Shown piece after piece: positions 1-9,474 of a stretch of 18,292 bases of DNA. Under the pieces are notes generated by a model. That model was not told the DNA's origin and made no database searches. It was given only the letters and a program-made list of their open reading frames with translations. The DNA is taken from IMG/VR virus record IMGVR_UViG_2718218361_000001. One strand, 5' to 3'. This DNA is from a virus. Taxonomy: Duplodnaviria > Heunggongvirae > Uroviricota > Caudoviricetes. A program made the position numbers and the translations under genes. Within the stretch, counting starts at the first letter, position 1. Every line of letters begins with the position of its first letter.

Positions 1-1374
1 ATGTTAGTTAGTAAAAACAACGAATTTAACACTAGCTCATTTATAGATAGTGGAAATTGTAATGAAAGAAAATCTTCTGAATCCATGGAGCTACTAGCTT
101 ATAGTATTATAAATTTAATTTGTAAGAAAGCTGCCTCAGGGACGTATCGCGGTGCTCTTGAAACTTTACAAAAAATGATGTCTGAATGTATATATCATGA
201 AGGCAACGCCTTTGTCATTATGGGAGTTGGAGAACAATTAAAACGTATTAAATATGAAGTTGGTGAAAATAACTTAAAGGTATTCAACGTACACTTTAAT
301 AATAATCACGAGTTAGTTAGTTCTGGTGAGCCTGACGTAATATGTTTAAGCAAGCAGGTCTGGGAAAATCTTCTCATTAAACTAAAGCTGGAAAACAATG
401 AAAATGTGTTTTCTGAAACTAAAAAATTATCGAATAAAAATAATGACGATCAGTTTTTTGAATGCGCTAAAAGAAATGAACAGAACCTTTTCGATAATAT
501 AAGAAAAAGTGATTTTCATGTTGGTTTACTTAAGCCAAGTAGTACGCGTAGTGTTATTTTAGAAACGCCGCCAAATGTCTGTATGGAATCACGTAATTCA
601 TATGAAAACAAAATAGATGAGATTTCATCTTTGTCAGAGTCAAAGGAACACCCCATAGATATTCAAGAAAAAAAAGATGCGTTTGTGAATGAGTTCAAGG
701 GGGTATTATTTGATAAAAATACAAGGTCTTCAGAGCTTCTGTTTAATTTTTATGAGTGTTGCTATAAGTTTTTACCAAGAGCTCAGCCTCAAGATAAAAT
801 CGATAGCTATAATTCAGCACTGCAAGCTTTTTCCATTTTTTGTTCATCTACGTTGACACATAATAATATAGGCTTTGATTTCAAATTATTTCCTGAAGTC
901 AAGCTGTCTGGAGAACATCTTGAAACGGTATTCAAATACAAAAATGGCGATGATGTCCGGGAGATAGCCAAAATTAACATTACTCTCCAAAAAGAAGAGG
1001 GTGGTTTATATAATTTACGTGGATTGGATTTTAAGGGGTGCTTCTTTTCTGGACAGAACTTCAGTAACTATGATATTCAATATGTGAACTGGGGAACGTC
1101 ATTGTTTGATGTTGATACTCCGTGTATTTTTAATGCGCCTGCTTACAACAAGAGTAATGAAAAATCATTAAAACCTGTGAGCGAAAACGGTTTAAGTGGA
1201 GTATTGACTGATCGTAATAATAAAATAAAACTCATCACGGGCGTGGCACCATTCGATGATATTTTATTTATGGATGATGACTTTGATGATAGTTCCTCTG
1301 AGGATGATCCCGTTGAGAATAGTCCTGTTGTGACTAGTCCCGTTGTATCAAGTTCTAAAAGCAGTTTTCAATGA
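1..1374 (+). CDS. Hypothetical low-GC protein (457 aa ORF), possibly 5'-truncated by the window edge; short pentapeptide-repeat-like stretch and acidic Ser/Asp-rich C-terminal tail
   Basis: Long uninterrupted ORF in an AT-rich segment. Translation contains YNLRG-LDFKG-CFFSG-QNFSN (pentapeptide-repeat-like) and a DDDFDDSSSEDD tail. ATG sits at position 1 so the true start cannot be confirmed. No recognisable catalytic motif. Confidence 0.55.
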   Translation: MLVSKNNEFNTSSFIDSGNCNERKSSESMELLAYSIINLICKKAASGTYRGALETLQKMMSECIYHEGNAFVIMGVGEQLKRIKYEVGENNLKVFNVHFNNNHELVSSGEPDVICLSKQVWENLLIKLKLENNENVFSETKKLSNKNNDDQFFECAKRNEQNLFDNIRKSDFHVGLLKPSSTRSVILETPPNVCMESRNSYENKIDEISSLSESKEHPIDIQEKKDAFVNEFKGVLFDKNTRSSELLFNFYECCYKFLPRAQPQDKIDSYNSALQAFSIFCSSTLTHNNIGFDFKLFPEVKLSGEHLETVFKYKNGDDVREIAKINITLQKEEGGLYNLRGLDFKGCFFSGQNFSNYDIQYVNWGTSLFDVDTPCIFNAPAYNKSNEKSLKPVSENGLSGVLTDRNNKIKLITGVAPFDDILFMDDDFDDSSSEDDPVENSPVVTSPVVSSSKSSFQ

Positions 1375-1530
1375 TTAATAAATGGCAATTTTTACAAAGA
1401 GATAATAACGTAGATTGAAACAATATGTATTATTGATTGAGTAAACGGGATTATTCTTCACACTACATCCATTTTAGTGTCACTACCAAAGAAAAAGGGG
1501 CTACGTTTTCATGTAACCCCTTGATTTATT

Positions 1531-1560
1531 TGGTGGGCTGGCAGTGACTGAATTGGTGCT
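1531..1560. repeat. Degenerate copy of the ssrA 3' end (att-core-like remnant)
   Basis: tatttggtgg-gctggcagtgactgaat here resembles tatttggtggagctggcgggagttgaac at the ssrA 3' end (17887-17915) and the second copy at 5706-5733. Alignment done by eye. Confidence 0.4.
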
Positions 1561-1643
1561 GTAATTGGTTGAAATATTTCATCTAATGTCTGGTTCAACT
1601 TTCCTTAGCTGCCTGAAAGTTTTTTGATCTTACCCAGCAATAA

Positions 1644-1745
1644 CAGCGTTACGGTGCACCACGCCTGACTGAAGAACTGCGTGCTCAGGGTTACCACTTC
1701 AACGTAAAACCGTGGCAGGAGGTCCGGACTGAAAAAACTGGTCAG
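1644..1745 (+). pseudogene. IS3-family transposase (OrfB-like) fragment
   Basis: Frame translation [22 protein letters not shown] matches, from memory, the conserved [22 protein letters not shown] block of IS911/IS3-type transposases. Only about 30 codons; flanked by stops; no start or RBS. Confidence 0.5.
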
Positions 1746-1758
1746 GACATTATCGGCG

Positions 1759-1880
1759 GTGGACGCACGGGTAGTCTGTAAACCGAACCGACTGGGGCGC
1801 AGTATGTGGCATCTTGTCGTGCTGTTGGAGGAGCTGTGCAAACGTGGTATTAACTTTCGTGCTCTGGCCCAATCTATATT
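1759..1880 (+). pseudogene. Serine recombinase (resolvase/invertase family) internal fragment
   Basis: Translation NRLGRSMWHLVVLLEELCKRGINFRALAQSI resembles the conserved resolvase/invertase block (LDRLGRS...L..L.ERGI.F.SL.DSI). Catalytic N-terminus and C-terminal HTH are absent. Confidence 0.55.
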
Positions 1881-2285
1881 TGCCCAACAATGGGGGGACG
1901 AATGCTGTAAAAGTAAAACAATCTGCGATCTCAAAGTTATTGTGTGATTTTTATGTGAGCAGAAGATATTCATCAGAAACGATTATGTAAATCATTTTAT
2001 TTTGCCAACGGCCTCATTGTCGAAAGAAAAGAATACGCCCGTATTTCCTGAATGGATTGACTTTTTTATCCAACCACACTTCAGCGCACTGCGTTTAAAA
2101 AATGCCTCATTCTTATGCGGAATATCATCATTTCATCATGATGTCTTTGATGAGCGGTGAACACAATACACTTGCGCTGTCTCTTCAGGATGAATCCCCT
2201 GGTCTGGTGCCTGTGGGCTGATGTTGCAGCAGAGCTAAGGTCGCTTAAACGCTACTCAGTATTCACTTTTCAGAGGATGAAATTT

Positions 2286-5200
2286 ATGAACAGGACCAGT
2301 CCCCATTATTGTCGCCGCTCAGTACTTTCCTTATTGATATCTGCCTTGATATATGCCCCGCCTGGGATGACGGCCTTCACTCCTGATGTTATTGGTGTGG
2401 TAAACGATGAGACTGTAGATGGCAGCCAAAGAGTAGATGAACGAGGTACAACAAATAACACTCATATTATCAACCATGGCCAGCAGAATGTTCATGGCGG
2501 GGTATCTAATGGAAGTCTTATTGAATCGGGTGGATATCAAGATGTAGGAAGTCATAACAATTTTGTGGGGCAGGCTAATAATACAACCATTAACGGAGGA
2601 AGACAGACAATTCATGACGGGGGCATTTCCACCGGTACGATAATCGACAGTGGCAATCAGGACGTTTATACAGGTGGTATCAGCAATGGAACGACAATTA
2701 AGGGTGGTAATTCACACATAAGTGGGGGGACTGCGAATGGAACCATCATTGATGGTGGAGGGCAGAAAGTAACAACTCAGGGGCATGTTGATGGTACAAC
2801 GATAAATAAGTCCGGTTATCAGGACATCACGCAAGGAAGTATTGCAACGAACACAATCATAAATGGTGGACGACAGTATGTTGAACAGAGCACAGTAGGA
2901 ACAACCACCATTAAAAATGGCGGTGAGCAAAGAGTATATGAAAGCCATGCGCTGGACACGACGATTGAAGGTGGAACTCAGTCTCTGAATAATAAGTCAA
3001 CGGCAAAAATACTCAGATCTATTCTGGTGGTACGCAAATTGTTGATTACACCAGCTCCTCGGATGTTATTGAAGTTTATTCCGGTGGCGTGCTTGATGTT
3101 AGTGGTGGTACGGCAACAAATGTTACCCAGCACGATGGTGCAATTTTAAAAACAAACACTAACGGTACGACGGTGAGCGGTACGAATAGTGAAGGTGCAT
3201 TCTCCATCCACAATCACGTGGCAGACAATGTGTTGCTGGAAAACGGTGGTCATTTAGACATAAACGCATATGGTTCGGCAAACAAGACGATTATTAAAGA
3301 TAAAGGAACAATGTCAGTTTTAACGAATGCTAAAGCTGATGCGACCCGAATAGATAACGGCGGGGTAATGGATGTTACCGGAAACGCGACCAATACCATA
3401 ATCAATGGTGGTACACAGAATATTAATAATCATGGTATTGCCACGGGTACCAATATCAACGGCGGAACGCAAAATATCAAGAGCGGCGGGAAAGCTGACA
3501 CGACAATTATATCCTCCGGGAGCCGGCAGGTTGTTGAGAAAGATGGTACGGCAACTGGCAGCAATATTAGCGCCGGAGGCTCGCTGATTGTCTATACCGG
3601 TGGTATTGCACATGGGGTTAACCAGGAGACGGGCAGTGCTTTAGTTGCCAACACGGGCGCAGGGACTGATATTGAAGGATACAACAAGCTCTCTCACTTC
3701 ACTATTACCGGAGGGGAGGCTAATTATGTTGTGCTGGAAAATACCGGCGAACTGACGGTAGTGGCTAAAACCTCGGCGAAAAATACTACCGTTGATGCTG
3801 GCGGTAAGCTGATTGTCCAGAAGGAGGCTAAAACAGATACCACCAGACTTAATAATGGTGGCGTTCTGGAGGTTCAGGACGGTGGTGAGGCTAAGCATGT
3901 TGAGCAACAATCCGGCGGCGCATTAATTGCTTCCACAACTTCCGGAACCCTTATCGAAGGAACCAACAGTTATGGTGATGCTTTCTACATCAGGAATTCA
4001 GAAGCTAAAAATGTAGTGCTGGAAAACGCTGGCTCATTAACAGTCGTCACTGGTTCCCGGGCAGTTGATACGATTATTAATGCCAACGGCAAAATGGATG
4101 TTTATGGAAAAGATGTTGGCACTGTACTCAATAGTGCTGGCACCCAAACAATATATGCCAGTGCCACTTCTGATAAAGCAAATATCAAAGGTGGCAAGCA
4201 AACGGTATATGGATTAGCCACTGAGGCAAATATCGAAAGTGGTGAACAAATTGTTGATGGTGGGTCAACAGAGAAAACACACATCAATGGTGGCACGCAA
4301 ACCGTTCAGAATTATGGTAAGGCAATCAATACCGATATCGTCTCTGGCCTACAACAAATTATGGCAAACGGGACAGCGGAAGGTTCCATTATTAATGGGT
4401 GTTCACAGGTAGTTAATGAGGGCGGTCTGGCTGAAAACTCGGTGCTTAATGACGGCGGCACACTCGATGTGCGGGAGAAAGGCAGCGCAACGGGGATACA
4501 GCAGAGTAGCCAGGACGCTTTGGTTGCAACCACCAGGGCGACGCGGGTCACAGGAACACGCGCGGATGGCGTCGCGTTCAGCATCGAGCAGGGTGCGGCG
4601 AACAATATCCTGCTGGCAAATGGCGGCGTGTTAACCATGGAGTCAGACACCTCTTCTGACAAAACACAGGTCAATACGGGCGGACGGGAGATCGTCAAAA
4701 CAAAAGCCACTGCGACAGGCACGACGCTCACCGGCGGCGAACAAATCGTCGAGGGGGTGGCGAATGAGACAACGATTAACGACGGCGGAATACAAACAGT
4801 TTCAGCTAACGGAGAGGCAATAAAAACAAAGATCAATGAAGGCGGTACGCTGACAGTTAACGATAATGGCAAAGCGACAGATATCGTCCAGAACAGCGGT
4901 GCCGCTCTCCAGACGAGCACGGCTAACGGTATTGAAATCAGCGGTACTCACCAGTACGGCACTTTTTCCATTTCCGGCAATTTAGCGACCAATATGTTGC
5001 TGGAAAATGGCGGTAATTTATTGGTATTAGCAGGTACCGAAGCTCGCGACTCCACGGTTGGCAGCGGTGGAGCCGCCAACGGCAGTTATCGCAGCAACGG
5101 GCTGGGCGGTCACATTGAAACCGGGATGCGATTTACCGATGGTAACTGGAACCTGACGCCGTATGCATCGTTAACGGGGGTTCACCGCTGATAACCCTGA

Positions 5201-5546
5201 ATATCATTTATCCAATGGCATGGAATCGAAATCAGTCGATACCCGCAGTTTATATCGTGAACTGGGTGCAACGCTGAGTTACAACATGCGTCTGGGGAAC
5301 GGTATGGAAGTTGAGCCGTGGCTGAAGGCGGCTGTGCGCAAAGAATTTGTCGATGATAACCGGGTGAAAGTGAATAGTGACGGTAATTTCGTCAATGATT
5401 TGTCGGGCAGACGTGGAATATACCAGGCAGGTATTAAAGCCTCATTCAGCAGTACGTTAAGCGGGCATCTTGGGGTGGGGTATAGCCATGGTGCCGGTGT
5501 GGAATCCCCGTGGAACGGGGTAGCTGGTGTGAACTGGTCGTTCTGA
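2286..5546 (+). pseudogene. Autotransporter adhesin (AIDA-I/self-associating type) disrupted by frameshifts
   Basis: ATG 2286 with GAGGA 8 nt upstream and a signal-peptide-like N-terminus (MNRTSPHYCRRSVLSLLISALIYA). About 900 aa of degenerate passenger repeats (IxGGxQ, NGGxL) spread over three reading frames. Frame changes sit at an A5 tract (3005-3009) and a G5 tract (5176-5180). C-terminus ends in an aromatic-rich barrel-like segment ...GVNWSF, but the barrel part looks short. Confidence 0.65.
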
Positions 5547-5555
5547 CCATCAACG

Positions 5556-5580
5556 AAAAAGCCCACATCTGTGGGCTTTC
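5556..5580 (+). terminator. Rho-independent terminator-like hairpin after the autotransporter gene
   Basis: GCCCAC-atct-GTGGGC stem-loop (5561-5576) followed by TTTC, 15 nt after the TGA at 5544-5546. A-run upstream means it could act in both directions. Confidence 0.5.
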
Positions 5581-5705
5581 ATGTCACCAGGAGCCGCGGC
5601 TCCTTTGCGTATCCTTTTATGTCTCTTCACCGTCTGGTCGGTGTCCTGCTGAGACTGCTAACTTCCTGTTTTTATTGGTGTTGTCCTTATACCGTCCAAT
5701 CATGA

Positions 5706-5733
5706 TTGGTGGGCTGGCGGAGTATGAATTTGC
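5706..5733. repeat. Degenerate ssrA 3'-end copy; candidate distal att site of the satellite
   Basis: ttggtgg-gctggcgg-agtatgaatttgc resembles ttggtggagctggcgggagttgaacccgc at the ssrA 3' end, roughly 24 of 30 positions by eye. It lies just outside the left arm-type repeats. Confidence 0.45.
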
Positions 5734-5781
5734 ATATTATATTGTTGTTTTTATTGTATATTTATTTTTATGGTCTTTATT

Positions 5782-5805
5782 GGTATACCTAAGCGTATAC
5801 CAATA
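5782..5805. repeat. Integrase arm-type-like repeats, left end of the satellite
   Basis: GGTATACCTAAGCGTATACCAATA matches CGTATACCTAAACGTATACCAATA at 17757-17780 at 22 of 24 positions. Contains two (G/C)GTATAC units 12 bp apart. Confidence 0.5.
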
Positions 5806-5897
5806 GCGGGGTGCAATACTTATTTAACTTAAAAAAAATCATCCCTAAATAGGTCGTTTTATATTCAAAAAACAAAAAAAATCTTTTTTAAATAAGT

Positions 5898-5975
5898 TGT
5901 TCACACTGTTCACTTAGGGTTTTTATCATTCAAAATCAAGGTAATAGAAGTTAACTGTATGGTGAAGAGTGAACA
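5898..5975. repeat. crr-like iteron cluster downstream of the primase gene
   Basis: TGTTCAC at 5898-5904 and 5907-5913, and inverted GTGAACA at 5969-5975. The P4 alpha-binding octamer is TGTTCACC (from memory). Confidence 0.5.
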
Positions 5976-6000
5976 GATAACTCTACATTCTTGCGCCAGC

Positions 6001-6026
6001 GAAAACAAAACCCGGCATCAGCCGGG
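6001..6026 (-). terminator. Rho-independent terminator for the primase operon
   Basis: CCCGGC-atca-GCCGGG hairpin (6011-6026) which on the minus strand is followed by TTTTGTTTTC, 12 nt after the primase stop codon (6038-6040). Confidence 0.65.
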
Positions 6027-6037
6027 TTAGTTGCAAA

Positions 6038-8371
6038 TTATTTTATTGTTGGCTCATCGCACTTGGGTAGCCAGTCTGCATTACTCTCTTCTTTTAAGGT
6101 GAGGTTAGTCTGCATTCCCTGATTAGTTCGCCGCTTCTCATAATGTAGCCCGTACTCCTTCAGCATAACTGGTAGCCCTTTGCCAAACATTGTCAGGCTG
6201 AGGGTATTTTTATAGCCATTAGCCTCCATGTATACGAGATAAGCATGGTAAAGGTATGTACGTGGCTGGCGCGGGACAATATTGGCGTTTCCCATAAACA
6301 TGCCGTTGGTGTCGGGTAATGCCTCAAGATAGCCACAAAAATCAAATGCTGGATCAGCATCACGCTTGATGGTGAGAGCCTCATCAGAATTCTGCTGCGA
6401 CTGAAGCAATGTTCTGGCACTCATCGGATCACTGAAACGCTGCATGAGCTGGCGAACAATCACAGCAAGTTCTTGAGCAATTTTATCTTTTAGCTGCGGA
6501 TCGCGTTCTTCCGGTGCTATCTGCTCAGGAAAATGCAGAATAACTCTCCGGCGAGACACACCACCACTGCGATCAGTGAAGCGCATAGGATTATTATTTA
6601 CGGCCAGGATAACCGCCGGAATATGTGTTGAATAAGCATTCTGATATTTGGGGTCCACAGATACTGCATCGCCACCGGTTATAGCCTTAAGCCCGGCGCC
6701 ATCGCCGCTCCACTTCTCCTGATCAGGCAGGCGAATAAGAGAAAAACCGATCAGAGCTGCACGTTCTCGCGGGGACTCCAGAGTTTCAATTGTCGCTGAG
6801 GTGGCGTTATCCTCTCCTGCAAGCATCGTTGCAATTTCAGCAAGGATACTTTTGCCACTTCCGCCAGGGCCAGTCACTTCCAGAAAGAGCTGCCAGTCAT
6901 AGCGGTTCGCCAGCACCATAAACAGCGCTGCGAGAATAATGTCGCGTTTTGCTGGCTTGCGCCCGGCTGCCCTGTCCAGCCAGCGCCAGAATGCCGGGGC
7001 ATGAGTTTCAAGCGTTTCCCCATTTACCGGTGGCGTGAAATCAACTTCACACAGGGTACGCAGCCACTTCTCTTTACAGTGCGGACTAAACAGCCCTGTT
7101 CGCGTATCGAGGACGCCATTACGAAAACCGATCAGATGACGTGCCGGATTTTGCTGCTGCGGAACAATTAACTTTAATGTTTCCACCAGTGAGGCAATCT
7201 TTCCTGAGGAAAACGGTGCACCGAGGCGCTGGAAAAGGGCTGCGACATCTCGGGCAAAATCAGACTGAGAAATCACTTTCCACGCCCCAGACTCATAGCG
7301 GGATAAAAGCTGCCCGTTCGGATCAACCGCCAGCGCATCCCTGTAATGCTCCCGAACCCTCTGAGCTTTTTCGCTGACACTCATCGCTGTGAATTCTGCT
7401 TCACTCATCGTGTCGAAAGGACTGGCGTTATGTGGCCTCAAAGCCTCAAGAATTGCCTTCCGGGTGGATTCCTCTCCGTAATGGGCAAGCGCATCATTCC
7501 AGTCACCAAAAACCGGTGGCAGCACAATGTCACACTGACACGCTTTTGCAGCAGCTTCAGCCCTGTTCTGGCCTGAACCATTCAGATCTCGGTCCGCTGC
7601 AATAATTAGCTGATACCCCGGATACTTGTTATGGGCAACGCTGGCCAGAGAAAGAAAGTTGACCGCCGAAAATGCCACCATGACGGCTTCTCCAGTCAGA
7701 TGATGAATGGTAAGCGCCGTGGCGTAGCCTTCCGTAATCCACATTCTTCTTACTGAACTCCCGCCCCCTTCTATCAGATGATAGGCCTCCTTAACCTGAC
7801 CTCCTTTAAGAAAACACTTGCTACCATTGCTACTGATAAGCTGAATATTCACCAGCTCCCCGTCAGCGTTATAGAGCGGGACGATCAAATCACCGGGGCG
7901 GAACATCACCCCACCGGTTTTATGAGCTGAAGTCAGCTCATGGCAAATATGTTCCGGGAAACCTTTATGTGTAAGATAAGTATTTCCGGCAGATTCGCGC
8001 GAGGCTTGCAGCAGTCGCGCGGCAAGTGCTGCCGCTGCATCTTTCCCGCTATTGGTATCGGCGGTTAACGTCCTGACTTCGGAATTAGCTATAGACAGGC
8101 CATGTGTCATTCCATGTATCCTGTCAGCTGCTTCACTGATATCCACATTCAGTGCCCTGGTGACAAGCGCTAAACCATCCCCGGCTCCGCACTGATTGCA
8201 GAACCATGTTCCACGTCCTTCCTGATCGTCGAAGCGAAAACGATCTTTACCGCCACAGACCGGACAAGGCTGATGGCGATTTTTCAATATATTCACGCCC
8301 AGCGCTGGCAGAATCTGAGCCCAGTGACCGCGGGCAGCCTTCACGGCCTGACTGACTTTCATTCCTGACAT
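6038..8371 (-). CDS. P4 alpha-type primase/helicase (phage/plasmid primase, P4 family), 777 aa
   Basis: ATG at 8371 with GAGGGAGAA 7 nt upstream. N-terminal zinc-binding CPVCGGKDRFRF...CNQCG, a primase-like central region, and Walker A GPGGSGKS in the C-terminal NTPase domain. Length equals P4 alpha as I recall it. The ORF track's upstream in-frame Met lacks an RBS. Confidence 0.9.
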   Translation of the reverse strand: MSGMKVSQAVKAARGHWAQILPALGVNILKNRHQPCPVCGGKDRFRFDDQEGRGTWFCNQCGAGDGLALVTRALNVDISEAADRIHGMTHGLSIANSEVRTLTADTNSGKDAAAALAARLLQASRESAGNTYLTHKGFPEHICHELTSAHKTGGVMFRPGDLIVPLYNADGELVNIQLISSNGSKCFLKGGQVKEAYHLIEGGGSSVRRMWITEGYATALTIHHLTGEAVMVAFSAVNFLSLASVAHNKYPGYQLIIAADRDLNGSGQNRAEAAAKACQCDIVLPPVFGDWNDALAHYGEESTRKAILEALRPHNASPFDTMSEAEFTAMSVSEKAQRVREHYRDALAVDPNGQLLSRYESGAWKVISQSDFARDVAALFQRLGAPFSSGKIASLVETLKLIVPQQQNPARHLIGFRNGVLDTRTGLFSPHCKEKWLRTLCEVDFTPPVNGETLETHAPAFWRWLDRAAGRKPAKRDIILAALFMVLANRYDWQLFLEVTGPGGSGKSILAEIATMLAGEDNATSATIETLESPRERAALIGFSLIRLPDQEKWSGDGAGLKAITGGDAVSVDPKYQNAYSTHIPAVILAVNNNPMRFTDRSGGVSRRRVILHFPEQIAPEERDPQLKDKIAQELAVIVRQLMQRFSDPMSARTLLQSQQNSDEALTIKRDADPAFDFCGYLEALPDTNGMFMGNANIVPRQPRTYLYHAYLVYMEANGYKNTLSLTMFGKGLPVMLKEYGLHYEKRRTNQGMQTNLTLKEESNADWLPKCDEPTIK

Positions 8372-8385
8372 GATGCAGTTCTCCC

Positions 8386-8709
8386 TCAGTGTAAAACTGG
8401 CTTTTTGATGTGACGGACGCATAACTCATCCATTACGGCTATTCCGAGCTGGGAGAGTGCGGGACAGGACATTAGAGGGCCGGATTCCATCAGGTCTGAA
8501 AGCAGGGCGCAGGCGATTTCCATGCCTTTTGTTTGCCCGTGCTGTCGCAGATAAAATCCTTCAAGCTCACGGGCAATAGCGGTTTCAATTTCATCCAGAG
8601 TCAGCTGCAGGTGGCGGTTTTGCTGATGGCAGGCACTCAGCCATGCGCAGGCTACCGCGCGGCGATACAACGCTACCCGAAGTGAAAGGGAAAGAGTGCG
8701 TGATTTCAT
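8386..8709 (-). CDS. Hypothetical protein (107 aa), immediately upstream of the primase
   Basis: ATG at 8709 with GGAGG 7 nt upstream. Start overlaps the stop of the preceding gene (ATGA). Stop lies 15 nt before the primase start. Confidence 0.6.
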   Translation of the reverse strand: MKSRTLSLSLRVALYRRAVACAWLSACHQQNRHLQLTLDEIETAIARELEGFYLRQHGQTKGMEIACALLSDLMESGPLMSCPALSQLGIAVMDELCVRHIKKPVLH

Positions 8710-8930
8710 TGCACCACCTCCATGTTCATCAGGTCATCCTGGCAACGTTGTACCACGCCATCAAGCTGCTCTGTCATCAGATAAATCAGGGAAACCAGTT
8801 GCTCACATTGAGCATTGGCAGGTTTTTCGTAGCAATCCTGAAGAACAGCCATTCCGGTGACAAGCTCCCCCACGTTACGAAGATGCTTCAGGCGGACAAT
8901 ATCGTCATAAGAGATTGCGGCGTGATTCAT
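8706..8930 (-). CDS. Hypothetical protein (74 aa)
   Basis: Internal ATG at 8930 with GGGAGG 7 nt upstream. Start overlaps the stop of the upstream 63-aa ORF. The longer ORF-track version (87 aa) lacks an RBS. Confidence 0.55.
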   Translation of the reverse strand: MNHAAISYDDIVRLKHLRNVGELVTGMAVLQDCYEKPANAQCEQLVSLIYLMTEQLDGVVQRCQDDLMNMEVVQ

Positions 8931-9121
8931 CACATCACCTCCCGGACAGGCAGGCGAGCAGCAAGGCAAAGCACATACTCATGGACCAGTGAAAGACGTG
9001 CATGATACTCATCGCTGGCGACAATACGCAGCATACTGATACGTGGTTTACGTTCTGCACGACGAACGGCGGCAAAAACAAATATAAATTGAGGATGTGA
9101 TGGGGCGAGGATCGTAGCCAT
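8930..9121 (-). CDS. Hypothetical small protein (63 aa), first gene of the coupled small-ORF cluster
   Basis: ATG at 9121 with GGAG 9 nt upstream. It is the C-terminal 63 codons of a 197-aa ORF whose upstream part has no RBS and a GC-rich, structured character. Confidence 0.4.
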   Translation of the reverse strand: MATILAPSHPQFIFVFAAVRRAERKPRISMLRIVASDEYHARLSLVHEYVLCLAARLPVREVM

Positions 9122-9324
9122 AAGGGCAATCTCCAATAAGTAGCGGTTATTGCCACCACCAGAGCTGCAAATCTCATGGGTGATGGCCCGGACGGGGTTT
9201 GCAGTACCGGCCTTATTGGAAACCGGCCAGCCCGAAGGCTGCCCCGCCCGGACCACCATTATCTGACAGGAGCCACGGTGTAAGCACCACAGCCCGAAAA
9301 ATAGGTGTGCCTGAGCAACGACAT

Positions 9325-9346
9325 AAAAAAACACGCTCGACGCGTG
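9325..9346 (-). terminator. Candidate rho-independent terminator between the AlpA-like gene and the small-ORF/primase operon
   Basis: On the minus strand a CACGC-gtcga-GCGTG hairpin (9332-9346) is followed by a U7 run (A7 at 9325-9331 on plus). Stem is only 5 bp. Confidence 0.4.
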
Positions 9347-9474
9347 CTGTGTCGCCAATAAGTTACACGGGCTGCAAATCCCGGCTGCCGATTTTGCGGC
9401 AGCAGAAAAACTATAACTGGAAAGCTTGCCAGGACGCAAGCCACAAAAAAAGAGATGAGACTGCAAAGCCAGAT

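Noticed and set aside
2157-2285. Upstream extension of the autotransporter ORF from the Met at 2157
   Set aside because: No RBS at 2157 or at the ATG at 2277 (the Shine-Dalgarno abuts it). The ATG at 2286 has GAGGA at proper spacing and is followed by a signal-peptide-like sequence.
4312-4920. 202-aa minus-strand ORF (with others at 3320-3613, 3641-3910, 4102-4296) inside the autotransporter region
   Set aside because: Antisense to a long repetitive passenger-domain sequence; low-complexity hydrophobic translations, no RBS. Typical antisense artefacts.
5510-5806. 98-aa plus-strand ORF after the autotransporter
   Set aside because: Spans a terminator hairpin, the att-like repeat and the arm-type repeats; hydrophobic low-complexity translation; no RBS.
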